A program made the position numbers and the translations under genes. A DNA stretch of 64,000 nt from contig CAVQSR010000001.1 of assembly GCA_963716055.1 (NCBI GenBank), positions 1,946,855 through 2,010,854 of the forward strand. The letters run 5' to 3'. Under the pieces are notes generated by a model that had not been told where the DNA came from, searched no databases, and was given only the letters and a program-made list of their open reading frames with translations. Numbering within the stretch: position 1 is the first letter of the stretch; the number at the start of each line of letters is the position of its first letter. This stretch comes from an uncultured Gemmatimonadales bacterium. Its GTDB lineage: Bacteria; Gemmatimonadota; Gemmatimonadetes; Gemmatimonadales; GWC2-71-9. Positions 27,044-37,526 of this stretch are shown in pieces.

Positions 27044-28585
27044 CTAGGCAACCGCGTACAGCTCCGTCACATCCCGCCCGGCCGGCTGGCTCGTGATGCG
27101 GAACTCATCCAGCCGCATCATCGGATCGTCCCGGATGTCGAGCTCCAGGCCGGTCTGCTTCTTGAGCTGCCGCAGCAGATGGGGCTCCTGCTCGGCGAGG
27201 TACAGCGCCACCTCGGGATGCAGCCGCAGCGCGAGCCGCCGCTCCTTCGAGCCCACCCGTCGCAGCGAGCGCTCCATCCGCCGCACGACCACCTCGGGCC
27301 GGAACACCCGTCCCAGGCCGGTGCACGTCGGGCACTCGATCGTCATGGACTGCCACAGCGACGGTCGGACGCGTTGGCGGGTCATCTCGATCAAGCCGAG
27401 CTCGGACACGGCATGCGCGCGGGTGCGGGCCCGGTCGCGACCCAGGTGCGTGCGGAGCTCGTTGAGCACCCGGTCGCGGTTGCCGCGCGATTCCATGTCG
27501 ATGAAGTCGACGACGATGATGCCCCCGATGTCGCGCAGGCGCAGCTGCCGCGCGACTTCGCGCGCCGCTTCGAGATTGGTGCGCAGCACCGTGTTCTCGG
27601 GGTCCTTCTTGCCCGTGTAGCGGCCCGTATTGACGTCGATCGCGGTCAGGGCTTCGGTGGGCTGAATGACGATGTAGCCGCCCGTGGGGAGCTCGACCCG
27701 GGGCTGGAACAGCGTGCGGATCTCGCCCTCGACATCGTATTCGTCGAACAACGGCGTCGTATCGGCATGGAGCTTCACGCGGTCGAGCAGGTCGGGATCC
27801 ACCTGTTTCAGGTAGGTGGCGATCTCGCTGTGCAGCTGTTTGGTGTCGACGAGGAGGCCGTCGACCTTGTCGCTGAGCAGGTCCCGCACGATGCCGCGGG
27901 TCAGACTGGTCTCGCGCTGCACCAGCGCCGGCGCGCGCCCCGACTTGGCTTTCTGGCTGATCTTCTTCCACAGGCCGTGCAGGTGATCGATCTCGCGCTT
28001 GCACGTGGCCTCGGTGAGGTCGTCGGCCACGGTCCGGATGATCCAGCCCCCGGAGTTCTTGGGCACCAGGTTGCCCACCATGTCGCGCAGGCGGCCGCGC
28101 AATTCGCGACTTTCGATCTTGCGGGAGACGCCGACGCGTGACGCGTACGGCATGTAGACGAGGAAGCGGCCGGCGAGTGAGATCTGGGCCGTGACCCGCG
28201 GCCCCTTGGTCGAGATCGGCTCTTTGATGACCTGAACGAGCTTGGTCTGGCCGCGTTTCAACTCGTCGGCGACGTTGGGGACCTTGCGGCGCGAGCGGCC
28301 GCGGCCGTTGTCGTCGCCGTTGTCGTCCGACTCGTCAGGCTCTTCGTCTTCGTCGTCCGACTCGATCAGGTCGGAGGCATGGAGGAAGGCGCTCTTCTCG
28401 GTCCCGATGTCGACGAAGGCGGCCTGGATGCCGGGCAGTACCGCTTCCACCCGGCCGAGGTAGATGTCGCCGATGATGCGGCGGTTGTCCGGACGATCCA
28501 CCAGGAGCTCAACAAGGCGGTCGTCCTCCAGGATCGCCACGCGGGTTTCGCGCGGCGCTCCGCTGATCAGTATTTCGCGCTTCAA
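27044..28585 (-). CDS. rng: ribonuclease E/G family protein (Rng/CafA-like, 513 aa)
   Basis: S1 domain GDIYLGRVEAVLPGIQAAFVDIG. An acidic insert. GGIIVVDFIDM and the CPTCTGLGRV zinc link. TTG start at 28585 with a GAGGGA Shine-Dalgarno. Confidence 0.9.
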   Translation of the reverse strand: MKREILISGAPRETRVAILEDDRLVELLVDRPDNRRIIGDIYLGRVEAVLPGIQAAFVDIGTEKSAFLHASDLIESDDEDEEPDESDDNGDDNGRGRSRRKVPNVADELKRGQTKLVQVIKEPISTKGPRVTAQISLAGRFLVYMPYASRVGVSRKIESRELRGRLRDMVGNLVPKNSGGWIIRTVADDLTEATCKREIDHLHGLWKKISQKAKSGRAPALVQRETSLTRGIVRDLLSDKVDGLLVDTKQLHSEIATYLKQVDPDLLDRVKLHADTTPLFDEYDVEGEIRTLFQPRVELPTGGYIVIQPTEALTAIDVNTGRYTGKKDPENTVLRTNLEAAREVARQLRLRDIGGIIVVDFIDMESRGNRDRVLNELRTHLGRDRARTRAHAVSELGLIEMTRQRVRPSLWQSMTIECPTCTGLGRVFRPEVVVRRMERSLRRVGSKERRLALRLHPEVALYLAEQEPHLLRQLKKQTGLELDIRDDPMMRLDEFRITSQPAGRDVTELYAVA

Positions 28586-28780
28586 AGCAATGTCCCTCGT
28601 CCCCCACCGGGAAACACCCAGCCGGAGACTTGCGATTGTAGTAGCAGCCCAGTACGTCGATTGGCCGCGGGGGCAGCATCACCCGACCGGACGCCACCAC
28701 CCCACCCCGCAGAGCGATCCGGGGCAGGAGCGAGCCGACAACGTGCAGCGTCCGGTTCATGGCTGTAAAGTTAAGTGACC

Positions 28781-28809
28781 TTGATACTTACGTCAACGCA
28801 GGTGATACT
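28781..28809 (+). promoter_or_regulatory. candidate sigma-70-like promoter for the prolyl oligopeptidase gene
   Basis: TTGATA (28781-28786), a 17-nt spacer, then GATACT (28804-28809), within a locally AT-richer patch. Pattern match only. Confidence 0.3.
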
Positions 28810-28847
28810 GTTTGCAACGCCCGCCCGCTCCGACGCGGAGCCACGTC

Positions 28848-30992
28848 ATGACCACCTCGAACGCCCTGATCACCATGTTCCTTGCTGCCGCCGCCGGGGC
28901 GGGACCGCTGCCTGGCCAGCGCCCGTCCTATCCCGTGACTCCCACCGGACCCGTGGTGGACACCCACCACGGTACCGTGGTGCCCGACCCCTACCGCTGG
29001 CTCGAGGACGTCGACTCGGACGACAGCCGCGCCTGGATCGCGGCTCAGAACCGTGTCACGTTCGGCTGGCTGGACCAAGTGCCCGAGCGCGCCGGGCTGC
29101 GCGAGCGGCTCACGGCATTGTGGGACTACCCGCGGTACGGGACGCCCTTCCGCAAGGGCGGCCGCGTGTTCTTCTACAAGAACGACGGCCTGCAGAACCA
29201 GGCGATCCTGTACACGCAGACGGCGCTCGACGCGCCGCCCGCCGTCCTGCTCGATCCCAACACGCTCTCGCCCGACGGCACGATCGCGTTGACGACCACC
29301 GCGGTCTCCGAAGACGGGCGCCTGCTCGTGTACGGAACGGCGCAGAGCGGGTCCGATTGGAACGAATTCCGCGTGCGCGACGTCGCGACGGGAGCGGATC
29401 GCGTCGATCATCTCCGCTGGATCAAGTTCTCCGGCGCCGCGTGGACGCACGACGGACAGGGGTTCTTCTACAGCCGGTATCCCGAACCCGCCGGCGACAA
29501 CCTCCTGCTCGCCGAGAACCGCCATCAGAAACTGTACTACCACCGGCTCGGCACGCCGCAGGACGCCGATCAGCTCGTGTGGGAACATCCCGATCAACCC
29601 GAGTGGGGTGTGGCCGCGAGCGTGAGTGAGGACGGGCGCTATCTCATCCTGCACATCTGGCTCGGCACCGACCGCCGGAACCGCCTCGCCTACGCCGATC
29701 TGGGCGACCCCCAGCGGCCGGATCTCCGCGCGCCGGCAACCATGCTGCTGGGTGATTTCGACGCGGCCTACGGATTCGTGGGCAACGACGGCCCGGTGTT
29801 CTACTTCCAAACGGACAACGCCGCGCCACGCCAGCGTGTGGTGGCCATCGACACGCGGGCCCCCGACCCATCCGCCTGGCGCACGGTGATCCCCGAGCAG
29901 GCGGATGCCCTGGAGAGTGTCGGAATCATTCACGACACGTTCGTCGCGTCGTACCTGCACGACGCCGCGTCCCGCCTGCGGCTCTTCGCGCTCGACGGGA
30001 CGCCCCGCGCCGATGTCCCGTTGCCCACGCTGGGCTCGCTGGCCGGCATCACCGGGCAGCGGCGGGACCGCGACATGTTCTACGCGTTCACGTCGTTCCT
30101 GTATCCGACGACGATCTTCCGTTACGACTTTGCCACGGCCCGGTCCGAGGTGTTCAAGGCCCCGGAGATCGCCTTCGACCCGAGTGGCTACGTCACCGAG
30201 CAGGTGTTCTACACGAGCAAGGACGGCACGCGAATCCCGATGTTCCTGACGTACCGCAACGGGCTCCGGCGGGACGGGTCGAACCCCACCTATCTGTATG
30301 GGTACGGCGGCTTCAACATCTCATTGACGCCGGCGTTCTCGATCAGCGTCCTGGTGTGGCTCGAGCTGGGGGGGATCTATGCGGTGCCGAACCTGCGCGG
30401 CGGGGCGGAGTACGGGGAGGACTGGCACCAGGCGGGCATGCTCGACCGCAAGCAGAATGTGTTCGACGATTTCATCGCCGCCGCGGAGTACCTGATTCGC
30501 GAAGGGTACACGTCGACGCCCAAGCTGGCGATCGGCGGGGGCTCGAACGGGGGGCTGCTCGTCGGCGCCGCGATGACGCAGCGGCCGGAGCTGTTCGGGG
30601 CCGCGGTGCCGGCGGTCGGCGTGATGGACATGCTGCGCTTCCACAAGTTCACGATCGGCTGGGCCTGGGTGACCGAGTACGGCTCGGCCGACAGCGCGGC
30701 GCAGTTCCCGGTGCTCCACCGCTATTCTCCGTATCACAATCTGCGGTCCGGCACCCGCTACCCGGCGACACTCGTGACGACGGCGGATCACGATGACCGC
30801 GTGGTGCCCGGCCACTCGTTCAAGTTCGCGGCCGCGCTCCAGGCCGCGCAGGCGGGTGACGCCCCGGTCCTGATTCGCATCGAAACCAAGGCGGGGCACG
30901 GCGCGGGCAAGCCCACGACGAAGATCATCGAGGAAGCCGCAGACCGGTGGGCGTTTCTGGTGCGGGTCCTGGGGGTGAGACCGGGAACCTAG
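28848..30992 (+). CDS. prolyl oligopeptidase (S9A family), secreted
   Basis: ATG at 28848 follows GGAG. Signal peptide [27 protein letters not shown], the catalytic [11 protein letters not shown] and DDRV..H motifs. Confidence 0.9.
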   Translation: MTTSNALITMFLAAAAGAGPLPGQRPSYPVTPTGPVVDTHHGTVVPDPYRWLEDVDSDDSRAWIAAQNRVTFGWLDQVPERAGLRERLTALWDYPRYGTPFRKGGRVFFYKNDGLQNQAILYTQTALDAPPAVLLDPNTLSPDGTIALTTTAVSEDGRLLVYGTAQSGSDWNEFRVRDVATGADRVDHLRWIKFSGAAWTHDGQGFFYSRYPEPAGDNLLLAENRHQKLYYHRLGTPQDADQLVWEHPDQPEWGVAASVSEDGRYLILHIWLGTDRRNRLAYADLGDPQRPDLRAPATMLLGDFDAAYGFVGNDGPVFYFQTDNAAPRQRVVAIDTRAPDPSAWRTVIPEQADALESVGIIHDTFVASYLHDAASRLRLFALDGTPRADVPLPTLGSLAGITGQRRDRDMFYAFTSFLYPTTIFRYDFATARSEVFKAPEIAFDPSGYVTEQVFYTSKDGTRIPMFLTYRNGLRRDGSNPTYLYGYGGFNISLTPAFSISVLVWLELGGIYAVPNLRGGAEYGEDWHQAGMLDRKQNVFDDFIAAAEYLIREGYTSTPKLAIGGGSNGGLLVGAAMTQRPELFGAAVPAVGVMDMLRFHKFTIGWAWVTEYGSADSAAQFPVLHRYSPYHNLRSGTRYPATLVTTADHDDRVVPGHSFKFAAALQAAQAGDAPVLIRIETKAGHGAGKPTTKIIEEAADRWAFLVRVLGVRPGT

Positions 30993-32209
30993 TCGATGAG
31001 ACTGCCCAGCAGTTGGCGCGCGATCACGATGCGCTGGATTTCGCTCGTGCCCTCGCCGATCTCGCACACCTTCGCGTCGCGCATCATCCGCTCCACCGCG
31101 TAGTCGGTGGTGTAGCCGTAGCCGCCATGCAACTGGACCGCCTTGATCGTGGCGCGCATGGCCAGCTCCGACGCGTAGAGCTTCGCCATCGCCGCTTCGC
31201 GCTTGTGCGGATGTCCGTGCTGCTTGAGCCACGCGGCGTGGTACACCAGGTGGCGGGCCGCCTCGACCTCGGTCGCCATGTCGGCCAGCGCGAAGTGCAC
31301 GGCCTGGAACCCCGCGATGATCCGCCCGAATTGTTTGCGCGTCCCCGTGTACTTGAGGGCCTCATTCAGCGCGCCCTCCGCGATGCCGAGCGACAGGGCC
31401 CCGAGACCGATGCGACCGCTGTCGAGCGTGTGCAGGAACTGGCGGAATCCGTTGCCGACCGGCCCCAGCACGTGGTCCTTCGGGACCACCGCCTCTTCGA
31501 AGATCAGCTCTCGGGTATCCGACGCGCGCCAGCCGAGCTTGTCCTCCTTCTTGCCGGCCTTCACGCCAGGCGTCTTCGGCAGCGTCGCGTCGTGTCCCAC
31601 GCCGACGCGCTCGGCCTCCGCCAGGTCGGTCGTATCCTTGGTCACGATGAATGCGGTGATGCCCCGCGTCTTCGTGGCCCCAGGGTCGGTTCGCGCCGTG
31701 ACGACGAAGATCTCGCCCACGCCCGCGTGCGTGATGAAGATCTTGGCTCCGCTGAGGACGTAATGGTCCCCCTTCTGCACCGCCACCGTCTGTGTCCCGC
31801 CCGCGTCCGAGCCGGCGCCCGCTTCCGTCAGGCCGAACCCGCCGAGCACCTTGCCCGCGGCGAGGAGCGGCACGAACCGCCGCTTCTGCTCCTCGGTGCC
31901 GAAATCCACGATGGGTGAGGTGCCCAGTGTCGTGTGCGCGCTGATCGTGATGGCGTGGCTCGCATCCACCTTGGCCATCTCGTGGATCGCGATGATGTAC
32001 GCCAGGTAGTCCATTCCCGCCCCGCCGAGCTCTTCGAGCCAGGGCACGCCGAGCAGGCCGAGCTCGCCCATCTGCCGGATGTTGTCCCACGGGAACCGGC
32101 TGTCGCGGTCCAGCTCACGGGCCACCGGCCGCACCGCGGACTCGGCGAAATCCCGCACCATGTCGCGCACTTGGAGGTGGTGCTCGGCGAAGTAGAGGTC
32201 GTCGTGCAT
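30989..32209 (-). CDS. acyl-CoA dehydrogenase (406 aa)
   Basis: [32 protein letters not shown] and [49 protein letters not shown] at 32209. The part of the track ORF upstream of it is a translated repeat array. Confidence 0.92.
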   Translation of the reverse strand: MHDDLYFAEHHLQVRDMVRDFAESAVRPVARELDRDSRFPWDNIRQMGELGLLGVPWLEELGGAGMDYLAYIIAIHEMAKVDASHAITISAHTTLGTSPIVDFGTEEQKRRFVPLLAAGKVLGGFGLTEAGAGSDAGGTQTVAVQKGDHYVLSGAKIFITHAGVGEIFVVTARTDPGATKTRGITAFIVTKDTTDLAEAERVGVGHDATLPKTPGVKAGKKEDKLGWRASDTRELIFEEAVVPKDHVLGPVGNGFRQFLHTLDSGRIGLGALSLGIAEGALNEALKYTGTRKQFGRIIAGFQAVHFALADMATEVEAARHLVYHAAWLKQHGHPHKREAAMAKLYASELAMRATIKAVQLHGGYGYTTDYAVERMMRDAKVCEIGEGTSEIQRIVIARQLLGSLID

Positions 32210-32225
32210 GGCATGCAATATAAGA

Positions 32226-32297
32226 GACGGACAAGACGGACAAGACGGACGAGACGGACGAGACGGACCAGACGGACAAGACGGACGGGACGGACCG
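32226..32297 (+). repeat. tandem array of 8 x 9 bp, GACGGACNN
   Basis: gacggacaa x2, gacggacga x2, gacggacca, gacggacaa, gacggacgg, gacggaccg. The array sits in the divergent intergenic region between the acyl-CoA dehydrogenase and the M28 peptidase. Confidence 0.95.
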
Positions 32298-32361
32298 GGG
32301 CCGCTACCACAGCACGCCCCCGGGACAGTAGCTTTTTCGCTCACCCCCACCGGAGGTCCCC

Positions 32362-33951
32362 GTGCGTCGTTTCGGTACCGCGCTGGCGTGCTGCGTCCTC
32401 GGCGTCGTCCCACTCGCCGCGCAGGGTCCGTTCGGGCAGCCCTCGGGGTTCACGTGGGAGGATCCCGTGCTGCGCCGGCTGTGGGCGGCCGGCATGGACA
32501 GCTCGCGGCTCCCCGTCCTGGCGCAGGTGCTGCTCGATTCGATCGGGCCACGCCTCACGGGCACCCCGGGCATGGACGCCGGTCAGGAGTGGTTGCTGCG
32601 CACGTACGCCGGCTGGGGCATCACGGCGCGCAAGGAGCAGTACGGGACGTGGCGTGGGTGGCGCAGGGGGCCCACGCACGTGGACCTGGTCGCCCCCCGG
32701 GTGCGGAGCCTCGACGCGCGTCTGCTCGCCTGGAGCCCCGGCACGCCACGGGGCCGAGCGGTGCGCGCGGCGGTCGTCGCTCTCCCCGACGTCCCCGACA
32801 GCACCGCCTTCGCCCGCTGGCTGCCGCAGGCGCGGGGCCGGTTCGTTCTGGCCTCCCTGCCCCGCGCCACCTGCCGCCCCGACGACAGTTGGGAGAAGTG
32901 GGCCGCCGCGGCCGTGGCCGACAGCGTAAAGGCGCGGCACGGGGCCGCGCAGGAGGCCTGGCGCGACCGGCTGCGCCGCATCGGGTACTCGGGCGACGCG
33001 CTGCACCGGCGACTCGAGGCAGGCGGCGTCGCGGGCATTCTCACCTCGAGCTGGTCGAGCGGCTGGGGTGCGACGCGCGTCTTCGATGCGGCCACCGACC
33101 GCACGCCGGTGCTCGATGTGTCGTGCGAAGACTACGGCCTGCTCCACCGGCTGGCGGTGAACAACCAGGGCGCCGTGGTCGAGCTGACCGCCCGGTCCGA
33201 AGCGCTCGGTGAAGTGCCCGTCTTCAACGTCATCGCCGAGATCCGTGGCAGCGAGCTGCCCGACGAGTACGTGATGCTGTCGGCGCATTTCGACTCGTGG
33301 GACGGTGCCTCAGGCGCCACGGACAACGGGACCGGCAGCCTGGTGATGCTGGAAGCGATGCGGTTGTTACGCCTCGCGTACCCGAGCCCAAAACGGACGA
33401 TCCTCGTCGGTCACTGGAGTGGCGAGGAGCAGGGGCTCAACGGATCGGGCGCGTTCGTTGCCGATCACCCCGACGTCGTGCGCGGACTGCACGCGCTGTT
33501 CAACCAGGACAACGGGACGGGCCGCATCGAGTCGATGAGCGCCTCGGGCATGCCGGACGCCGCGGGCAGCCTGGCGCGGTGGCTGTCCCGCATTCCATCG
33601 GACCTGACGCGCGACGTCAAGTTCTCGTTCCCCGGGTCCGCGGGGTTTGGTGGGACGGACAACTTCTCGTTCGTCTGCGCGGGCGCGCCGGGATTCAATC
33701 TGGGCTCGAACGACTGGGACTACGGGCGGTACACCTGGCACACGACGCTCGACACGTACGACAAGATCAGCTTCGACGATCTGCGCATGAACGCGACGCT
33801 GACGGCGATGCTCGTCTACCTGGCGGCGGAGGACTCGATGCCCGTCTCCCGTCTGCAGCGGACGGTCCTGCCGCCGCGGCGGGACGGGCAGCCGGGGGTT
33901 TGGCCGCGGTGCGGCGAACCGGAGCGGAGGACGCCGCCACTCGGGCGGTAG
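32362..33951 (+). CDS. M28 family metallopeptidase, secreted
   Basis: 529 aa. GTG start after GGAGG. Signal peptide ..[29 protein letters not shown]...[13 protein letters not shown] matches the M28 zinc-ligand pattern. Confidence 0.85.
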   Translation: MRRFGTALACCVLGVVPLAAQGPFGQPSGFTWEDPVLRRLWAAGMDSSRLPVLAQVLLDSIGPRLTGTPGMDAGQEWLLRTYAGWGITARKEQYGTWRGWRRGPTHVDLVAPRVRSLDARLLAWSPGTPRGRAVRAAVVALPDVPDSTAFARWLPQARGRFVLASLPRATCRPDDSWEKWAAAAVADSVKARHGAAQEAWRDRLRRIGYSGDALHRRLEAGGVAGILTSSWSSGWGATRVFDAATDRTPVLDVSCEDYGLLHRLAVNNQGAVVELTARSEALGEVPVFNVIAEIRGSELPDEYVMLSAHFDSWDGASGATDNGTGSLVMLEAMRLLRLAYPSPKRTILVGHWSGEEQGLNGSGAFVADHPDVVRGLHALFNQDNGTGRIESMSASGMPDAAGSLARWLSRIPSDLTRDVKFSFPGSAGFGGTDNFSFVCAGAPGFNLGSNDWDYGRYTWHTTLDTYDKISFDDLRMNATLTAMLVYLAAEDSMPVSRLQRTVLPPRRDGQPGVWPRCGEPERRTPPLGR

Positions 33952-34130
33952 CCGCGCTCGACGATCGGGTGTGGGCCATCAAGGCCCAGCCAGCTAACAT
34001 CGGCGTCCACGCGTGCGTTCGGCGACAGCGTCGCCCAGCGCTTGGCGGCGCGGTCCGGCGCAGCGGGCCTGCTAATGCGCCCGCTTGCTAAGGCGCCTGG
34101 TCGGAGACACCTCTGGGCGCCCGGCGGTCC

Positions 34131-35297
34131 TCACCCGCACCGATCACATCCCCCGCATGCCACCGCCAGCCGCTCGCCGAAGTGCGCCAGCAGCGCCCGG
34201 CGCCGGCAGCCGCGGCGCTCGACGTAGCCGCGCATCTCCGGCCTCACGCCGTCCACCCGGTGCCAGTCGCGGCACGTCCACAGCAGCGTGCAGGTCGCAG
34301 GCCGCCCGTCGCGGCCCGCGCGGCCCGCCTCCTGGTAGTAGCCCTCGAGCGTCCGCGCCGGCCCCCAATGGATCACGCGCCGCACGTCCGGCTTGTCGAT
34401 CCCCATGCCGAAGGCCGTCGTCGCCACCACGACGCGCGCCCGGTCGCGCAGGAAGGCGAGCAGCACCCGGCGCCGCACGTCGAGCGGGAGCCCTGCATGA
34501 TACGGCGCCGCGCGAGCGCCCATACGCAGCAGCGCCCGCGTGATCAATTCCGTGAGCCGCTGGGTCGGCGCGTACACGATGGCGGACCCGGTCAGGTCGC
34601 GTAGCAGGCGTCGCAGGCACGCGAAGCGCTCGCGGTCGTCCGACACCCGCCGCACCTCGAACCGGAGATTGGGCCGGTCGAACGACGCCACGACCTCGAC
34701 CGGCTGCCGCAGCCGCAGCACCGCCACGATCTCGCGCCGAGCGGCGGGCGTCGCCGACCCCGTCAGGGCAACGGTCGGCGGATTCCCCAGACGGTAGCGA
34801 AACTCCCCCAGCCGTTGGTACACGGGGCGGAATTCGTGCCCCCACTCGACGATGCAGTGCGCCTCGTCTACGGCGAAGAGCGAGACGTCCACGCCGCGCG
34901 CGCGCAGCCAACGGCTGAGTCCCGCCAGACGCTCCGGGGCGCAGTACAGCAGCCGCACCCGTTGGGAGCGGACGGCGGCGACGACGACCCGTCGCTGACT
35001 GCGGTCGAGCGTGCTGTTGATATAGGCGGCGGCAATGCCGCGTTGCACCAGCGCGCGCACCTGGTCTTGCATCAGCGCGATGAGCGGCGATACCACGAGA
35101 GTCAGATCCGGGCTGAGCAGCGCGGGGATCTGAAAGCACAGCGATTTTCCCGCACCCGTCGGCAGCACCGCCAACACGTCGCGACCCGCCAGCACCGGGC
35201 CGAGGACCTTGAGCTGGGCGGGTCGCAAGCGGGCGAGCCCCCAATGCCGGGCGAGCACCGCGCGCGCCGCGTCGAGTCCGCAAGCATCGCCGATCAC
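34131..35297 (-). CDS. RecQ-family DNA helicase, short form (no HRDC)
   Basis: LPTGAGKSLCFQIPAL, FAVDEAHCIVEWGHEFRP, TATFGMGIDKPDVRRVIH and YYQEAGRAGRDG, with a C-terminal CGGCDRCG. I chose GTG 35297 as the start because the codons between 35298 and 35465 have many A/T third positions, unlike real genes here. ATG 35465 is the alternative. Confidence 0.75.
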   Translation of the reverse strand: MIGDACGLDAARAVLARHWGLARLRPAQLKVLGPVLAGRDVLAVLPTGAGKSLCFQIPALLSPDLTLVVSPLIALMQDQVRALVQRGIAAAYINSTLDRSQRRVVVAAVRSQRVRLLYCAPERLAGLSRWLRARGVDVSLFAVDEAHCIVEWGHEFRPVYQRLGEFRYRLGNPPTVALTGSATPAARREIVAVLRLRQPVEVVASFDRPNLRFEVRRVSDDRERFACLRRLLRDLTGSAIVYAPTQRLTELITRALLRMGARAAPYHAGLPLDVRRRVLLAFLRDRARVVVATTAFGMGIDKPDVRRVIHWGPARTLEGYYQEAGRAGRDGRPATCTLLWTCRDWHRVDGVRPEMRGYVERRGCRRRALLAHFGERLAVACGGCDRCG

Positions 35298-35532
35298 GCG
35301 CGCAACGTGGCGGGGGCGGCGGGCGGCCGTGGGTCCGGAAACACGCGCGCCGCATCCGATTTCCGCGTGGAGTGATCGTGCGCGGCGATTCCCTATCGCA
35401 TTCGGCCGCGGCGCGGTATTATCGACCAGCTGTCGTCCCGCCGGTCGGCGCCCATTCGTGACCATTCACTCTGCTCGAGCCGGCCGTCGCTCCGACGGGA
35501 CCGCTGTGGTCTCACCCTCTCAAGGGGGCGGC

Positions 35533-36222
35533 ATGATGCAGCAAATCGACGTGGTCGTCGAATCACTGAGGAGCTTCCTGACCAGGCTGGGCAACTACCT
35601 GCCCCGCCTGCTCGGCGCGCTCGTCATCATCGTTCTCGGATGGATCATCGCGCGCTGGGTCCGCACGGGCGTGTCCAAGCTGCTGACGGCGATTCGGTTT
35701 GACGAACTCGCCGCGCGGTCGGGGGTCGATGACGCACTCAAGAAGGGCGGCGTCGAGCTGACGCTGAACGGCGTGATCGCCGGACTCGCTTACTGGCTGA
35801 TCATCCTCATCACGCTGCTGGCGGCGGTGGACACGCTGGGCCTCACGGTCGCTTCGGACATGCTGAACAACGTCGTGCTCTACCTGCCGAACGTCGTGGT
35901 GGCCGTCATCATCCTCATGCTGGGGGCGCTCTTTGCCAACCTCATCCGCGGGATGGTGGGGACCTACCTGGCGGGCGCGCAGGTGAACGGCGCCGGCGCG
36001 ATCAGCGCCATGGCGTACTACGCGATCATCGTGTTCACCGCGTCGGTGGCGTTGGTGCAGCTGGGCATCGGCCGTGAGCTCGTGGTGGCGGCCTTCCAGA
36101 TCGCGTTCGGGGCGGTGTGCCTCGCCCTGGCGCTGGCCTTCGGTCTCGGAGGTCGGGACTGGGCGTCGCGCATGATCGACCGCACGTTCCCCAAGGCCGG
36201 CGGCGGCCCGGGTCCGCGGTAA
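35533..36222 (+). CDS. membrane protein with conserved-TM-helix repeats (MscS N-terminal-like)
   Basis: 229 aa. ATG follows AAGGGGG. Repeated hydrophobic helices such as LLGALVIIVLGWIIARWV and VVVAVIILMLGALFANLI. The functional assignment is weak. Confidence 0.6.
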   Translation: MMQQIDVVVESLRSFLTRLGNYLPRLLGALVIIVLGWIIARWVRTGVSKLLTAIRFDELAARSGVDDALKKGGVELTLNGVIAGLAYWLIILITLLAAVDTLGLTVASDMLNNVVLYLPNVVVAVIILMLGALFANLIRGMVGTYLAGAQVNGAGAISAMAYYAIIVFTASVALVQLGIGRELVVAAFQIAFGAVCLALALAFGLGGRDWASRMIDRTFPKAGGGPGPR

Positions 36223-36241
36223 CCGGCCACCCGGCGCACAC

Positions 36242-36277
36242 AGCGGGCCCCGTCTCCCCACGGAGGCGGGGCCCGCT
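36242..36277. terminator. GC-rich hairpin between convergent genes (candidate bidirectional terminator)
   Basis: AGCGGGCCCCG (36242-36252) pairs perfectly with CGGGGCCCGCT (36267-36277). The loop contains an inner CTCC/GGAG pairing. There is no U-tract. Confidence 0.5.
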
Positions 36278-36283
36278 CCGATA

Positions 36284-36682
36284 TCAGGAGGGTATCACCG
36301 GGGGCGCGTCGGGCGCCGTGCCCCGCACGAGCACGAGGATCGCGGCCTGCGGCACTACCAGGTAGCTCTTCCCTTCGAACGTGATCTCGACCGACGCCTT
36401 GCGGAAGAACAACGCGTAGTCTCCTACCTGCGCCTGGACCGGCAGGTACCTCACGTCCGGTCCGCGAATCTTCCACGGTTCTTCGTCGAGGGCCGTGGGC
36501 TCGCTCATGGGCGTCCCGGGACCCGTGGCGACGATGCGCCCGCCCTGCACCTGGCGGCCCTCGATCGCCGTCGCCGGGAGATAGAGTCCGACGTTGGTGC
36601 GTTCCTCGCCGGCCTCCGGGGTGACCAGCACCCGGTCGCCCACGACGATCAGTCGCTTGGGGTTCGGCTCGTCCTCGTCCAT
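36284..36682 (-). CDS. GroES/Cpn10-like co-chaperonin family protein (132 aa)
   Basis: PKRLIVVGDRVLVTPEAGEERTNVGLYLPATA...GRIVATGPG...VGDYALF resembles the GroES pattern (L.PL.DRVLV...E....GGI.LP). ATG at 36682. Confidence 0.65.
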   Translation of the reverse strand: MDEDEPNPKRLIVVGDRVLVTPEAGEERTNVGLYLPATAIEGRQVQGGRIVATGPGTPMSEPTALDEEPWKIRGPDVRYLPVQAQVGDYALFFRKASVEITFEGKSYLVVPQAAILVLVRGTAPDAPPVIPS

Positions 36683-36704
36683 GGCGAGAAGTATAACCCC
36701 GCGC

Positions 36705-37526
36705 TCAACCGGAGGCGTCGGGGGCGGCCACGCTGGCCGCCCACGCGGCCGGAGGGACCGGCCCGTGCGGGACGAGGGTACGGGCGAGTCGATACCGCAG
36801 GCGCCCGATCCGGCCGAGCGTTCTGCCGGACAGCGGGATGAGCCGGGCGGCCCGCCGCGCCAGCGCGAGGCGCCGGCCCCGGAACCGCGCCCCGTCGCGC
36901 GGCCGGTACTGCGCCCACCCGATCGAGCCGACGAATCCGGCCGGTCCGAACGCATCGGACCGCAGCACGTCCTCGACGAACACCCGAATCGGGCCCTCGA
37001 AGGTGTGGAGCACGTCGTGCAACGCGACCACGCCGCCCGGGACTACGTGGGGGACGTACAAATCGAGATCCTCCTTGGCACCGCGGTACGTGTGGTCGCC
37101 ATCGATCCACAGCAGCCGGATCGGCCGCCGCCACTCCCGGGCGAGCTCGCGGGAGTACACGCGGTGCGCTTCCACTGCGTCCTCGACTCCCGCCGCTCGC
37201 AGCGTGTCGCGGAACTCATCCCACGTGGTCGTCCGGTCGCCGAGGTCGGGGTCCGTCTGCGCGGGCGCGGAGTGCGGATCGACGGCGACGACGGGCCCGA
37301 GTCCGTACCGCGCCGCGATGGTGGCGAGACCGACGGTGGACTTGCCCTTGAAGCTCCCGATCTCGAGGATCGTCCCCGGTGCGGGAACGGCGGCCGCGAG
37401 CAGTGCGAGGAACCGGCCTTCGGCCTCGGTGAGAAATCCCTCGGCCGGACGCATCCGCTCCCACGCGATGTCGATCGACCGGGCGAGATCCGGCGGGACA
37501 GTCGCCGTGCGACCGCCTAGGGACAC
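36705..37526 (-). CDS. class I SAM-dependent methyltransferase (Methyltransf_24-like)
   Basis: GTILEIGSFKGKSTVGLA (the SAM-binding GxGxG region), then LLWIDGDHTY and VPGGVVALHD. Confidence 0.78.
   Translation of the reverse strand: MSLGGRTATVPPDLARSIDIAWERMRPAEGFLTEAEGRFLALLAAAVPAPGTILEIGSFKGKSTVGLATIAARYGLGPVVAVDPHSAPAQTDPDLGDRTTTWDEFRDTLRAAGVEDAVEAHRVYSRELAREWRRPIRLLWIDGDHTYRGAKEDLDLYVPHVVPGGVVALHDVLHTFEGPIRVFVEDVLRSDAFGPAGFVGSIGWAQYRPRDGARFRGRRLALARRAARLIPLSGRTLGRIGRLRYRLARTLVPHGPVPPAAWAASVAAPDASG

Noticed and set aside
32208-33212. ORF starting with a collagen-like [24 protein letters not shown] repeat. The related ORFs are 26298-26882 ([12 protein letters not shown]) and the N-terminal extension of 30989-32413 ([14 protein letters not shown]).
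   Set aside because: The repeats are simply the translated 9-bp arrays. The remainder of each ORF overlaps a well-supported gene in another frame or on the other strand, and it lacks the third-position G/C bias of real genes.
33952-34130. 179-nt gap between the convergent M28 and RecQ genes, checked for a small RNA or terminator. It contains the hairpin GGCGAC-AGC-GTCGCC at 34021-34035 and paired GGCGCC palindromes.
   Set aside because: The stems are short (6 bp), lack a U-tract and are easily produced by chance at this GC content. No recognisable RNA family motif was seen.
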